From: a virus
Taxonomy: Duplodnaviria > Heunggongvirae > Uroviricota > Caudoviricetes
Virus record (IMG/VR): IMGVR_UViG_3300022205_000001
Coordinates: 128,001-168,076 of that record
Strand: one strand, 5' to 3'
Length of the DNA stretch: 40,076 bases
Shown here: positions 28,197 through 35,223 of the stretch, in pieces
How the letters are laid out: every line of letters begins with the position of its first letter
Numbering within the stretch: the stretch's first letter is position 1
Translations under genes and position numbers: made by a program
Notes under the pieces: model-generated
Told to the model about the DNA's origin: nothing
Database searches by the model: none
The model's input: only the letters and a program-made list of their open reading frames with translations

Positions 28197-28507
28197 TGGT
28201 GGAGGTGCGGGGCATTGCAGCCCCGGTCCAAAGAAACATTTGAAATAGGAACTCCATGCTACTCAATCTGAATACGCACTAAGCTGACGGATTGAGACCT
28301 CAGCTTACGGAAGGAACCACCCTGACCAGCCTGTTATTACGCTGTTTCCATACACAGGCATCTATGGAACAACGAGCAACACTTAAGCTGCCAACGCGAA
28401 TTCAGATTCGACGTTTAGTTTTTGCTAATGAGATTAACGTGAGCACCAGCACTCACGGCATGACCTAGATTTCTCTTGTTTTCTCTGTCGAACTCCTTAT
28501 CACCCCC
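28197..28507 (-). ncRNA. ssrA: tmRNA, tag (A)VESEFALAA*
   Basis: GGGGGTG...TTCGAC 5' end, CACCTCCACCA 3' end with G3.U70, tag frame 28412-28383 ending ALAA-TAA. Confidence 0.93.
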
Positions 28508-29024
28508 GTATTTGATGTGTTCTACCCACTTCTTCTATCAATGAATATCCTTTATGACTTCGTTTTCTCTCCACTACGCCTTTATGAAATGAATTGTAGT
28601 TGAGCCCATTCTGAACACAAAATGTAGTCAAACATGGAACTTCTACAACCTCTCCACTTGGTGTTTTGAGCCGATAAGTTTTAGCGTATAGGTTATCCAC
28701 TCCATTTTTCCATACACAACTTGGATTGGGATTCCTATTTGGGTTACCGCATCCCCAACTTGATCTTGTTCCTTTTGGAAATCTTATTCCTGTTACAGAA
28801 CCACCCTTTTTCGATCCAGCCATTATTGCCGCTTGCAAACACTCATCGCTACTTTTTATTCCACTCAACCCTTGCCATGCGACATAATCCTGCCAATTCC
28901 CATGTTGTTCCCACAACTTCTTATGAGCAAGAGCATGTTCTTCGGGAGACAACTCCACTAAATTAGCAGGGGCATCTGTTCCACCAGCATATTTTGGAAT
29001 AATGTGATGTTTATGTTTTACCAT
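28500..29024 (-). CDS. HNH homing endonuclease
   Basis: HKHHIIPKYAGGTDAPANLVELSPEEHALAH; NUMOD-type C-terminus. Confidence 0.9.
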   Translation of the reverse strand: MVKHKHHIIPKYAGGTDAPANLVELSPEEHALAHKKLWEQHGNWQDYVAWQGLSGIKSSDECLQAAIMAGSKKGGSVTGIRFPKGTRSSWGCGNPNRNPNPSCVWKNGVDNLYAKTYRLKTPSGEVVEVPCLTTFCVQNGLNYNSFHKGVVERKRSHKGYSLIEEVGRTHQIRG

Positions 29025-29263
29025 GAATCGTAATCTGTTACATCTAACTCAGTCAATGTCACCGTGTCTTCAATCTTTACCACAACCCCAATTGACGTTG
29101 GAGTGATATGATACGTGAATGCTCCACCAATCGCTCCCGTCCTCGCAAGACCATTGTTCTCTAAGCGTTGAATAATCTTGGTTTGCTTCTTGATAAAACG
29201 ATCAACCTGTTTAGATTGTTTGGTGGTCAATATAATCAACGGCGCATTTTCTTTCATCATCAT
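29018..29263 (-). CDS. Hypothetical protein (GAIGGAFTY..TPTSIG..DYDSW family)
   Basis: Start moved to MMMKEN, outside the tRNA. Confidence 0.7.
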   Translation of the reverse strand: MMMKENAPLIILTTKQSKQVDRFIKKQTKIIQRLENNGLARTGAIGGAFTYHITPTSIGVVVKIEDTVTLTELDVTDYDSW

Positions 29264-29267
29264 CCTA

Positions 29268-29363
29268 TGGCGGAAGAGGGAGGTCTTGATCCCCAATGCC
29301 AGGAATTAGCTGGCATCCCATCGCCTTCCAAGCGAGTCTGGCGTCCTCACCAGTTCCTCTTCC
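29268..29363 (-). tRNA. tRNA-Ser(GGA)
   Basis: Loop TTGGAAG, long V arm, CCA. Confidence 0.88.
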
Positions 29364-29370
29364 AGTTCTA

Positions 29371-29463
29371 TGGCGGAGAGCGGAGGGCTTGCACCCCAAC
29401 GGGTTTTTACGCCGTCAATCCGCTTTCAAGGCGGTTCCGGTACGCTTGTCCGGTTCACTCTCC
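29371..29463 (-). tRNA. tRNA-Ser(UGA)
   Basis: Loop CTTGAAA, long V arm, CCA. Confidence 0.88.
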
Positions 29464-29939
29464 ATATTTTTCATGAAATCAAAATCTTGTATTTCTTCGT
29501 TTGTCCATTCATCATGGTGGAGGTCATAAGACTTAAGAGGTTCCACCAGGTTGAGCTTCTTCATCTTTCGTGCAGTCCGCCACACTTTCCAAGTCTCAAG
29601 AATAAACTGACACTTCCGCTTCACTCCATATCGTATCCAATATTTTATCGCATGATAAAATCTACTACAAAAATCCCGTAAAATACGGTTCCATAACATC
29701 CATTTTGGTAGTGAAGGAATATCAACGAATTCTGGATGCTTGATAGACCCAATTAACAACCATGTGTTATCACTCTGCTGTATCAGCAAACAATGACCAT
29801 CAAGGGCATACTTCTTCGCTTTCCATTTCGTAATCAACCTATGAGACAATAATTCTTCGGTAGTATTGAATTCAAATTCCTTCCGTAACGAGGGCAAATC
29901 TATAAAATATGGCATATACACATAGAATTTATTTCTCAT
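29415..29939 (-). CDS. Hypothetical protein; last 16 codons read into tRNA-Ser(UGA)
   Basis: GGAG SD before MRNKFY. Confidence 0.6.
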   Translation of the reverse strand: MRNKFYVYMPYFIDLPSLRKEFEFNTTEELLSHRLITKWKAKKYALDGHCLLIQQSDNTWLLIGSIKHPEFVDIPSLPKWMLWNRILRDFCSRFYHAIKYWIRYGVKRKCQFILETWKVWRTARKMKKLNLVEPLKSYDLHHDEWTNEEIQDFDFMKNMESEPDKRTGTALKAD

Positions 29940-29954
29940 CACATCTCCATATAT

Positions 29955-30029
29955 TGGTGCTCCCACCGGGTATCGATCCCGGTCCTCTAGATTGAGAATC
30001 TAGCGACCTAGCCAGTAGTCGATGGGAGC
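29955..30029 (-). tRNA. tRNA-Glu(CUC)
   Basis: Loop TTCTCAA, CCA. Confidence 0.92.
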
Positions 30030-30394
30030 AAATTCAAATTCATATCAAATACAGTTGTGAGCCACAGTGGTTTAGGCTCAACTCCCCGATAAAACAAGAC
30101 CACTGCCGACATGGGGTATTCTTTATTCACCAATTTCATTAAACTTCCACCGGTTGTCCACACATCATCTGCATACAAAATACAAGAAGATTCTTCAGAT
30201 CGATACTGATACAAGGCTTCAGCAAACTTCCATCCGCCACGAGGAATTCCGATCACGGTTCTGAATCGTAACTTGGGGGCAACCAATGCAGCGATTGCAG
30301 CCCAATCGTCAGAAGTCAATGCGTCACAATCAATCTTGAAATTTGATTTCTTCCCTGATGCTAATGTAAAATCCCCATGATTGAAAAGATTCAT
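30008..30394 (-). CDS. Type I phosphoribosyltransferase (orotate PRTase-like, short)
   Basis: GDFTLASGKKS, GIPRGG, ADDVWTTGGS. Confidence 0.85.
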   Translation of the reverse strand: MNLFNHGDFTLASGKKSNFKIDCDALTSDDWAAIAALVAPKLRFRTVIGIPRGGWKFAEALYQYRSEESSCILYADDVWTTGGSLMKLVNKEYPMSAVVLFYRGVEPKPLWLTTVFDMNLNLLPSTTG

Positions 30395-30410
30395 TACATC
30401 CTCATAATAT

Positions 30411-30487
30411 TGGTGGAACGGGTGGGAGTCGAACCCACGTATTCTTGGTTAAGAGCCAAGACTGAATGCCTCTCCAGTCACCGTTCC
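30411..30487 (-). tRNA. tRNA-Lys(CUU)
   Basis: Loop CTCTTAA, CCA. Confidence 0.92.
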
Positions 30488-30491
30488 GTTA

Positions 30492-30569
30492 TGGTGTCCC
30501 TGGTTGGATTTAAACCAACGTTCTCCGGTTTCGCAAACCGGCGTGTTATTCAGGCTTCACTACAGGGAC
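30492..30569 (-). tRNA. tRNA-Arg(GCG)
   Basis: Loop TTGCGAA, CCA. Confidence 0.85.
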
Positions 30570-30574
30570 GTAAT

Positions 30575-30649
30575 TGGTGCACGGTGTTGGTACTGCCCCA
30601 ACTTAGTCCACTTTGTAGGAGTGGTGCATATCTTTCCTGCCCACCGTGC
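30575..30649 (-). tRNA. tRNA-Val(UAC), C33
   Basis: Loop CCTACAA, CCA. Confidence 0.83.
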
Positions 30650-30658
30650 GTTCTATTC

Positions 30659-30735
30659 TGGAGCCCCTTGTTGGACTTGCACCAACCGTTTCCACTTTAC
30701 CAAAGTGGCGTGTCAACTACCTCTACTTAAGGGGC
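30659..30735 (-). tRNA. tRNA-Thr(GGU)
   Basis: Loop TTGGTAA, CCA. Confidence 0.88.
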
Positions 30736-30743
30736 ATATTGTA

Positions 30744-31071
30744 GTAGGAAGAACCATAGCCGGGGTTCTGTTCTATTCCATCATTTCTCTAGGAATATCA
30801 TTACTGATACCCTCAAGCCACCTACCCGTCAACATCATGAGAGCGTCACTTGTTCGTTGACCTATTTGGTGTTGCACCACGTAGAGATTGTTCGTATCAC
30901 CTCCCCATACTCTGAGCCTGATATGAGCAGTCTCGTATTATGAGTATGGTTCCTCGTCTCTTTAACTCTAATCCTCAGGTTACCCTGGGTGGCCGTTAGC
31001 CACTACGCTGCTCTTGGTGCCCCGAACTTCCTCTAGTGCATCAGTCACTAGCGATGGATCGTTCTTCCTAC
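30744..31071 (-). ncRNA. rnpB: RNase P RNA (type A-like)
   Basis: P1 GTAGGAAGAAC/GTTCTTCCTAC; GAGGAAGTTCGGG, GCAA..CCAAATAGG, CGGGTAGG..GCTTGAG, AGAGAAATGA, ACAGAACCCCGGCTAT blocks in order. Confidence 0.9.
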
Positions 31072-31087
31072 ATTCTCCTTTCTATCT

Positions 31088-31163
31088 TGGTACCATCGGT
31101 GGGATTTGAACCCACACTTGACTACTTTTGAGGTAGCTGACTCTGCCGTTGGTCTACGATGGC
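31088..31163 (-). tRNA. tRNA-Leu(CAA), short variable loop
   Basis: Loop CTCAAAA, 76 nt, CCA. Confidence 0.88.
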
Positions 31164-31173
31164 ATTAGTATCT

Positions 31174-31249
31174 TGGTACCGCTGGTGGGATTTGAACCCA
31201 CACTACACAGGGTTTAAGCCTGGTGACTCTGCCGTTGGTCTACAGCGGC
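31174..31249 (-). tRNA. tRNA-Leu(UAA), short variable loop
   Basis: Loop CTTAAAC, CCA. Confidence 0.88.
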
Positions 31250-31252
31250 ATA

Positions 31253-31327
31253 TGGAGCCCAACACCGGACTTGCGCCGGTCTCTTCCGCTTACGAAACGG
31301 ATGCATCGCTCTCAATGCTTGTCGGGC
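31253..31327 (-). tRNA. tRNA-Thr(CGU)
   Basis: Loop TTCGTAA, CCA. Confidence 0.88.
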
Positions 31328-31357
31328 ATTATAACATATCTCAGATACAAAAGTCAA
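31328..31357 (-). promoter_or_regulatory. Possible internal sigma70 promoter TTGACT-18-TATAAT
   Basis: Extended -10, but it abuts the tRNA-Thr 5' end, so the TSS would fall inside the tRNA. Confidence 0.45.
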
Positions 31358-31365
31358 CAACTATT

Positions 31366-31440
31366 TGGTGCCGCCGGTAGGAATCGAACCCACCTGAATC
31401 CGGTTAAAAGCCGGGAGCATAGCCACTCTGCCACGACGGC
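31366..31440 (-). tRNA. tRNA-Lys(UUU)
   Basis: Loop CTTTTAA, CCA. Confidence 0.92.
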
Positions 31441-31447
31441 GCTATAT

Positions 31448-31525
31448 TGGTCTGGATGGTGGGATTTGAACCCACAATTTCTCCGATCCGAACGGAGAGG
31501 AGTAGCCAGGTTCTCCTACATCCAG
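31448..31525 (-). tRNA. tRNA-Pro(CGG)
   Basis: Loop TTCGGAT, C1:G72, CCA. Confidence 0.9.
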
Positions 31526-31529
31526 GTTC

Positions 31530-31853
31530 TTAGTTTTCAATAACAGTATGCTTTTTCAGTTCAATATAAAACGATCTCTCAAGTCTAAACACTTTTCCTG
31601 CTGGTGCTGTCATTGGTTGCACAGAACATAATTCTTTAGCGATCACTGCCGGGTACGCTGTTCGCACGATATCAATAATACGATTCCGATTTTCCTGAGT
31701 ATTCGGTTTTCCAATAAACTGAGATAAACTATCTGCCAGGTATTCTGGTGCTGGTTCTGGTGCTGGTGCCTGGTCACTAAGAACTTTTACAGGGTTCAGT
31801 ATGACCGCGCCAACTGTGCCGATCAACACTTTCAGAAATGTTCGTCTATTCAT
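31530..31853 (-). CDS. Tat-signal protein carrying a gp23 (major capsid) Gol-region-like segment
   Basis: MNRRTFLK + hydrophobic core; IVRTAYPAVIAKELCSVQPMTAPAGKVF; GAGG SD. Confidence 0.7.
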   Translation of the reverse strand: MNRRTFLKVLIGTVGAVILNPVKVLSDQAPAPEPAPEYLADSLSQFIGKPNTQENRNRIIDIVRTAYPAVIAKELCSVQPMTAPAGKVFRLERSFYIELKKHTVIEN

Positions 31854-31870
31854 ACATGCCTCATAATAAT

Positions 31871-31944
31871 TGGAGCGACCACCGGATTCTGCCACCGGGA
31901 CTACGGGTTGGAAGCCCATCGTTTTGCTTCTAAACTATGGTCGC
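31871..31944 (-). tRNA. tRNA-Gly(UCC)
   Basis: Loop CTTCCAA, U73, CCA. Confidence 0.85.
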
Positions 31945-31956
31945 ATATTCAATTTT

Positions 31957-32031
31957 TGGAGCGGATGGCGGGAGTCGAACCCGCGTGATCTTCGTTGGCA
32001 ACGAAGCACATAACCGTTCTGTCACATCCGC
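31957..32031 (-). tRNA. tRNA-Gly(GCC)
   Basis: Loop TTGCCAA, CCA. Confidence 0.92.
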
Positions 32032-32040
32032 ATATGCAAT

Positions 32041-32115
32041 TGGCGCGGTCTCGGAGAATCGAACTCCGGTGTCTCCCTCTTCAGGGGAGTGCTTTACCAA
32101 CTAAGCTAAGACCGC
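32041..32115 (-). tRNA. tRNA-Phe(GAA)
   Basis: Loop CTGAAGA, CCA. Confidence 0.92.
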
Positions 32116-32120
32116 ATAAA

Positions 32121-32194
32121 TGGCTGGAGATGAAGGAGTCGAACCTTCCTAGCCGGTTTCAGAGACCGGTGCATTGCCGCTTTGCTAATCTCCA
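32121..32194 (-). tRNA. tRNA-Gln(CUG)
   Basis: Loop CTCTGAA, U1:A72, G73, CCA. Confidence 0.92.
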
Positions 32195-32346
32195 TCTTTT
32201 CTAAGTGGTATCACAAATGGATTATCATTGACCTTTCTTAATCTTTTCTTCAGTCTCAATAAATGCCGCGTAGCAATTTGTTCTGTAACAATATCACTGA
32301 ATTTCTCGATATCAGCTTCTAGTATTATCCTGGTCCTGGTTTCCAT
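32185..32346 (-). CDS. 53-aa hypothetical (METRTRIILEAD...); stop inside tRNA-Gln(CUG)
   Basis: Starts 2 nt after phosphoesterase stop. Confidence 0.5.
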   Translation of the reverse strand: METRTRIILEADIEKFSDIVTEQIATRHLLRLKKRLRKVNDNPFVIPLRKDGD

Positions 32347-32348
32347 AA

Positions 32349-32858
32349 TCAACTTCCGTTATACCACCAAATTCTCTTTCGTACTTCTTCCAACGAAATC
32401 GGTGCCCAATCCGTATGCTCGACACAGACACATTGATACCAAGGATCAGGTATCACATTCGCGTGTGTGTGCCCATGCACATTCGCTTTGAATCGTCCTT
32501 TACTCTCAGGATGCACTGGAATATGTGAGAGTAGCATATGATCTAACACATGGTACGCTCTGATATCCCGAAAATGCTTCAGATAATCTTTCAAACTGAA
32601 GATGTCATGGTTCCCTTTGATTAGAACCTTGTCACCATTCAATCGGCTGAGTGTCGCCAGGTTCTTGCGAGCGATAACAACATCACCTAGATGATAGACT
32701 TTATCGTTCGGTCGCACGACCTTGTTCCAACGCTCAACCATCACCTCATCCATTTCTTCGGGAGTTTCCCAAGGTCTCAGCTTGGTGCCATCATTCCGAA
32801 GAAACTTGCACATTCCAGCATGACCGAAATGCGTGTCTGCTGTCAGAAAAATATTCAT
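32349..32858 (-). CDS. Calcineurin-like phosphoesterase (phage type)
   Basis: ADTHFGH, HLGDV, GNHD, SHIP, HGHTH. Confidence 0.93.
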   Translation of the reverse strand: MNIFLTADTHFGHAGMCKFLRNDGTKLRPWETPEEMDEVMVERWNKVVRPNDKVYHLGDVVIARKNLATLSRLNGDKVLIKGNHDIFSLKDYLKHFRDIRAYHVLDHMLLSHIPVHPESKGRFKANVHGHTHANVIPDPWYQCVCVEHTDWAPISLEEVRKRIWWYNGS

Positions 32859-33040
32859 TTCGGATGCAACCCAAACACTTTCATTTCACGATATTCATCT
32901 TCCGTTCCATCAAAAAGAGAAACAGGACGATGATTACAAAATTGGCATCGTGAATTCACATGAACCGCACCGACTACATTCAATTCACTAATCCACCCAC
33001 ATCCACGACAACCAAACCAATGCATAATATTACTTTGCAT
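32855..33040 (-). CDS. Small zinc-ribbon protein
   Basis: CRGC...CQFC; AAGGA SD before MQSNIM. Confidence 0.6.
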   Translation of the reverse strand: MQSNIMHWFGCRGCGWISELNVVGAVHVNSRCQFCNHRPVSLFDGTEDEYREMKVFGLHPK

Positions 33041-33049
33041 ATTATTCCT

Positions 33050-33124
33050 TGGAAGCCCCACAGGGATTTGAACCCCGACCAATTGATTCAAAGTCAATTG
33101 TGCTGCCAGTTACACCATAGGGCT
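33050..33124 (-). tRNA. tRNA-Gln(UUG)
   Basis: Loop CTTTGAA, CCA. Confidence 0.9.
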
Positions 33125-33253
33125 ATGTATCTTTGCAATAATCTGTGCATCGATCTCCCGGCGAATCTCATTTGCAGCAAACCAATACAATTGGTGTTCT
33201 GCTGTGAGGAGATGCAACTTATATCGATATTTTCCACGGTTCTTCTTTCTCAT
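33110..33253 (-). CDS. 47-aa ORF (..AANEIRREIDAQIIAKI..); stop inside tRNA-Gln(UUG)
   Basis: AGGA SD; fills the inter-tRNA gap. Confidence 0.5.
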   Translation of the reverse strand: MRKKNRGKYRYKLHLLTAEHQLYWFAANEIRREIDAQIIAKIHSPMV

Positions 33254-33266
33254 AATAATATCCTAA

Positions 33267-33354
33267 TGGCGGAAGGTGAAGGATTTGAACCTTCGTGGGT
33301 GTTACCCCGCATCCCTTAGCAGGGGAGCCGAATTAGCCTCTCTCGCAACCTTCC
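33267..33354 (-). tRNA. tRNA-Ser(GCU)
   Basis: Loop CTGCTAA, long V arm, CCA. Confidence 0.92.
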
Positions 33355-33367
33355 AAAAATCTTTTTT

Positions 33368-33455
33368 GTGGTGCTTCGCCCCGTTCACAACTGGACTAAC
33401 GGGGGTGTGCATTATCCAGCTTCCCTCTCTTCCACAACACCACTGAAGAGACTGT
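33368..33455 (-). ncRNA. Unassigned structured RNA with possible pseudoknot
   Basis: GTGGTGTT/AGCACCAC, CCCCGTT/AACGGGG, loop TCCAGTT complementary to AGCTGGA. Confidence 0.45.
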
Positions 33456-33461
33456 GCCTCT

Positions 33462-33536
33462 TGGAGTCGCCGGAGGGATTTGCACCCCCGTCATGCCGCT
33501 TTGCAGGCGGCTGCCTCGCTACTCGGCCACGGCGAC
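33462..33536 (-). tRNA. tRNA-Cys(GCA)
   Basis: Loop CTGCAAA, U73, CCA. Confidence 0.92.
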
Positions 33537-33641
33537 ATTAAAACAATATACTCCAACCAACAACAAAGTAGACTTTATGTGACGCGAAAGTGTTTCCGGC
33601 ATTGAACCACACTTCGCCATGCTCAAGTAACCACAACATAA

Positions 33642-33729
33642 TGGGCTGGAGGAGGCTGGATTTGCACCAGTCCATACGAATGTATGCATCACCCTCGTAT
33701 GTCTAGATTTCCCTTCTAGCCGTCCTCCA
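33642..33729 (-). ncRNA. tRNA-like RNA with elongated anticodon arm
   Basis: TGGAGGA/TCCTCCA, CTAGA/TCTAG, CATACGA/TCGTATG, CTGG-TGCAAAT-CCAG, ends CCA. Confidence 0.65.
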
Positions 33730-33736
33730 CTCTATT

Positions 33737-33814
33737 TGGCGCCCATGATGGGATTTGAACCCACGATCTTTTGCGTGACAAGCAAACGGGGACTCCAGGC
33801 TCCCCTACACAGGC
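33737..33814 (-). tRNA. tRNA-Asp(GUC)
   Basis: Loop TTGTCAC, G73, CCA. Confidence 0.92.
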
Positions 33815-33825
33815 ATAAATCTTTT

Positions 33826-34038
33826 TTACGCTGGAACCGCATAACGGTTCCGTATGCTCCACTAGCACATGGCTAGCAAGTTTCTTCAATCCCAAGAGAA
33901 GAGTAGAAGGCTTTCACTTCGTTCGCAAAGTATCCGTATACTCACCTTCCACTATTCTTTGGATGCCGGCCACACGGGCTGTTGCCTGTTGCCGGCTCTA
34001 TCTCACAGATTTGCGGCCGCCCCCATGAGACAGCGTAA
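33826..34038 (-). ncRNA. Unassigned ~210-nt multibranch RNA
   Basis: Closing helix TTACGCTG/CAGCGTAA enclosing five hairpins. Confidence 0.6.
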
Positions 34039-34040
34039 TA

Positions 34041-34108
34041 TGGTGGTGAGAGACTTTCTACTTTCGTTTTACCTCATGCAACGAGGTGTCCGTAGCTCGC
34101 CCCTCACC
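34041..34108 (-). ncRNA. Armless CCA-ended hairpin RNA
   Basis: GGTGAGGGGC/GTCTCTCACC + ACCA; no D or T arm. Confidence 0.55.
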
Positions 34109-34112
34109 AAAC

Positions 34113-34196
34113 TGGTGGATAGCCAGAGAGTCGAACTCTGCGAGAATTAACGACGGTGTTACAGACCGCCCCGCCTCCGTAACGGTTTAGCTACCC
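34113..34196 (-). tRNA. tRNA-Tyr(GUA)
   Basis: Loop CTGTAAC, extended V region, CCA. Confidence 0.88.
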
Positions 34197-34209
34197 CTAT
34201 ATCAAAAAT

Positions 34210-35045
34210 TGGTGGGGTCTCTTATAGAGCGATCACAACCCCCTCTCGCTTTAGCTGAAACTTTTAGAGCGTCAGTCAGCCATCTTCGCTATCAGGTGCC
34301 TAGGTCCTCAGTTATTCCCCGGCAGGGAGGACTCCACGATAATTGCCGGGCCAGATGTTCCCATGTCTGCACCTGTTGGGGAACCCACGAATCGATCCGG
34401 TCCTCTTGGGAGCGGAAAATCTAGGGGTCAGTGATTTTAGTGGTCCCACCCCCAAGCCCCACCCTGCACTCCGTTCTCCGTCGCAAGGACCATGAACTTG
34501 CACAGGTCAGAGAATCTTAAGCTTCTCCGATAGGAAACCTTTGTTATGGCAGTGTTTCGTCTGCCTTAGTGCAGTCTTCCCTTTTACAAGAATGGAATCA
34601 ACCCAGTGGTCAGCTTCCCTGCACATTCTATTTCTTTGAGTGCGAAAGGTGAACTAGAGGTTCCTCGTTCAGCTTCCTGAAAGATTAGCCAACCTTGCTG
34701 GCATCTCTTTCCTTCAGCACCGGACCGTATTTCTTCCCTCGGTGCCTGTGTCGCTTTGGGCGCGGTTATCACTCTATAGTGGCCGCAGCAAGTTACCCGC
34801 CGTTCTTGTCGCATTGGGGCGCTTGCCTCACCCCGCCGATTTTATTGTAGGATCGCCCGTGCTGCGCGGGTTCTGATCAGTGTTTTCCCCATGAATCGTA
34901 TACTATTCATGGGCACTATTGGGTGCTACCCCAATTACATCCTACAATATTTACTCAAACTCTTTTGTCTATCAAGCGACAGATTCGCCTCTAGGCGCTT
35001 TATTGATCCGATTGGGATCGCTTATTCTGTCGCTCATTCATCATA
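34210..35045 (-). ncRNA. Large (~830 nt) highly structured RNA, family unassigned
   Basis: No credible ORF, GC-rich, many helices and a pseudoknot, own promoter. Confidence 0.7.
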
Positions 35046-35050
35046 TTAAG

Positions 35051-35079
35051 AGTATAACAGACTCATTCTATCCTGTCAA
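35051..35079 (-). promoter_or_regulatory. Sigma70 promoter TTGACA-17-TATACT with A-tract UP region, driving the large RNA
   Basis: -10 at 35051-56, -35 at 35074-79, IHF-like box at 35121-33. Confidence 0.88.
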
Positions 35080-35223
35080 GGGTCTTTTTGCACTTTTTTC
35101 AAAAATATTTTTCTCAATACTTTCAAGCACTTAGAAATCGTCCCTTTTCGCTATAGGGGATTATCCTCTTATCCAAAAACACCGCCTATAAGCCGGTTTT
35201 GACCGTTTTTCGAGCATCCTATA

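Noticed and set aside
29296-34814. Plus-strand and short ORFs over the RNA array (e.g. 30377, 30504, 31159, 31223, 32960, 33869, 34209, 34312, 34584)
   Set aside because: Shadows of tRNA/ncRNA sequence with no SD or protein motifs
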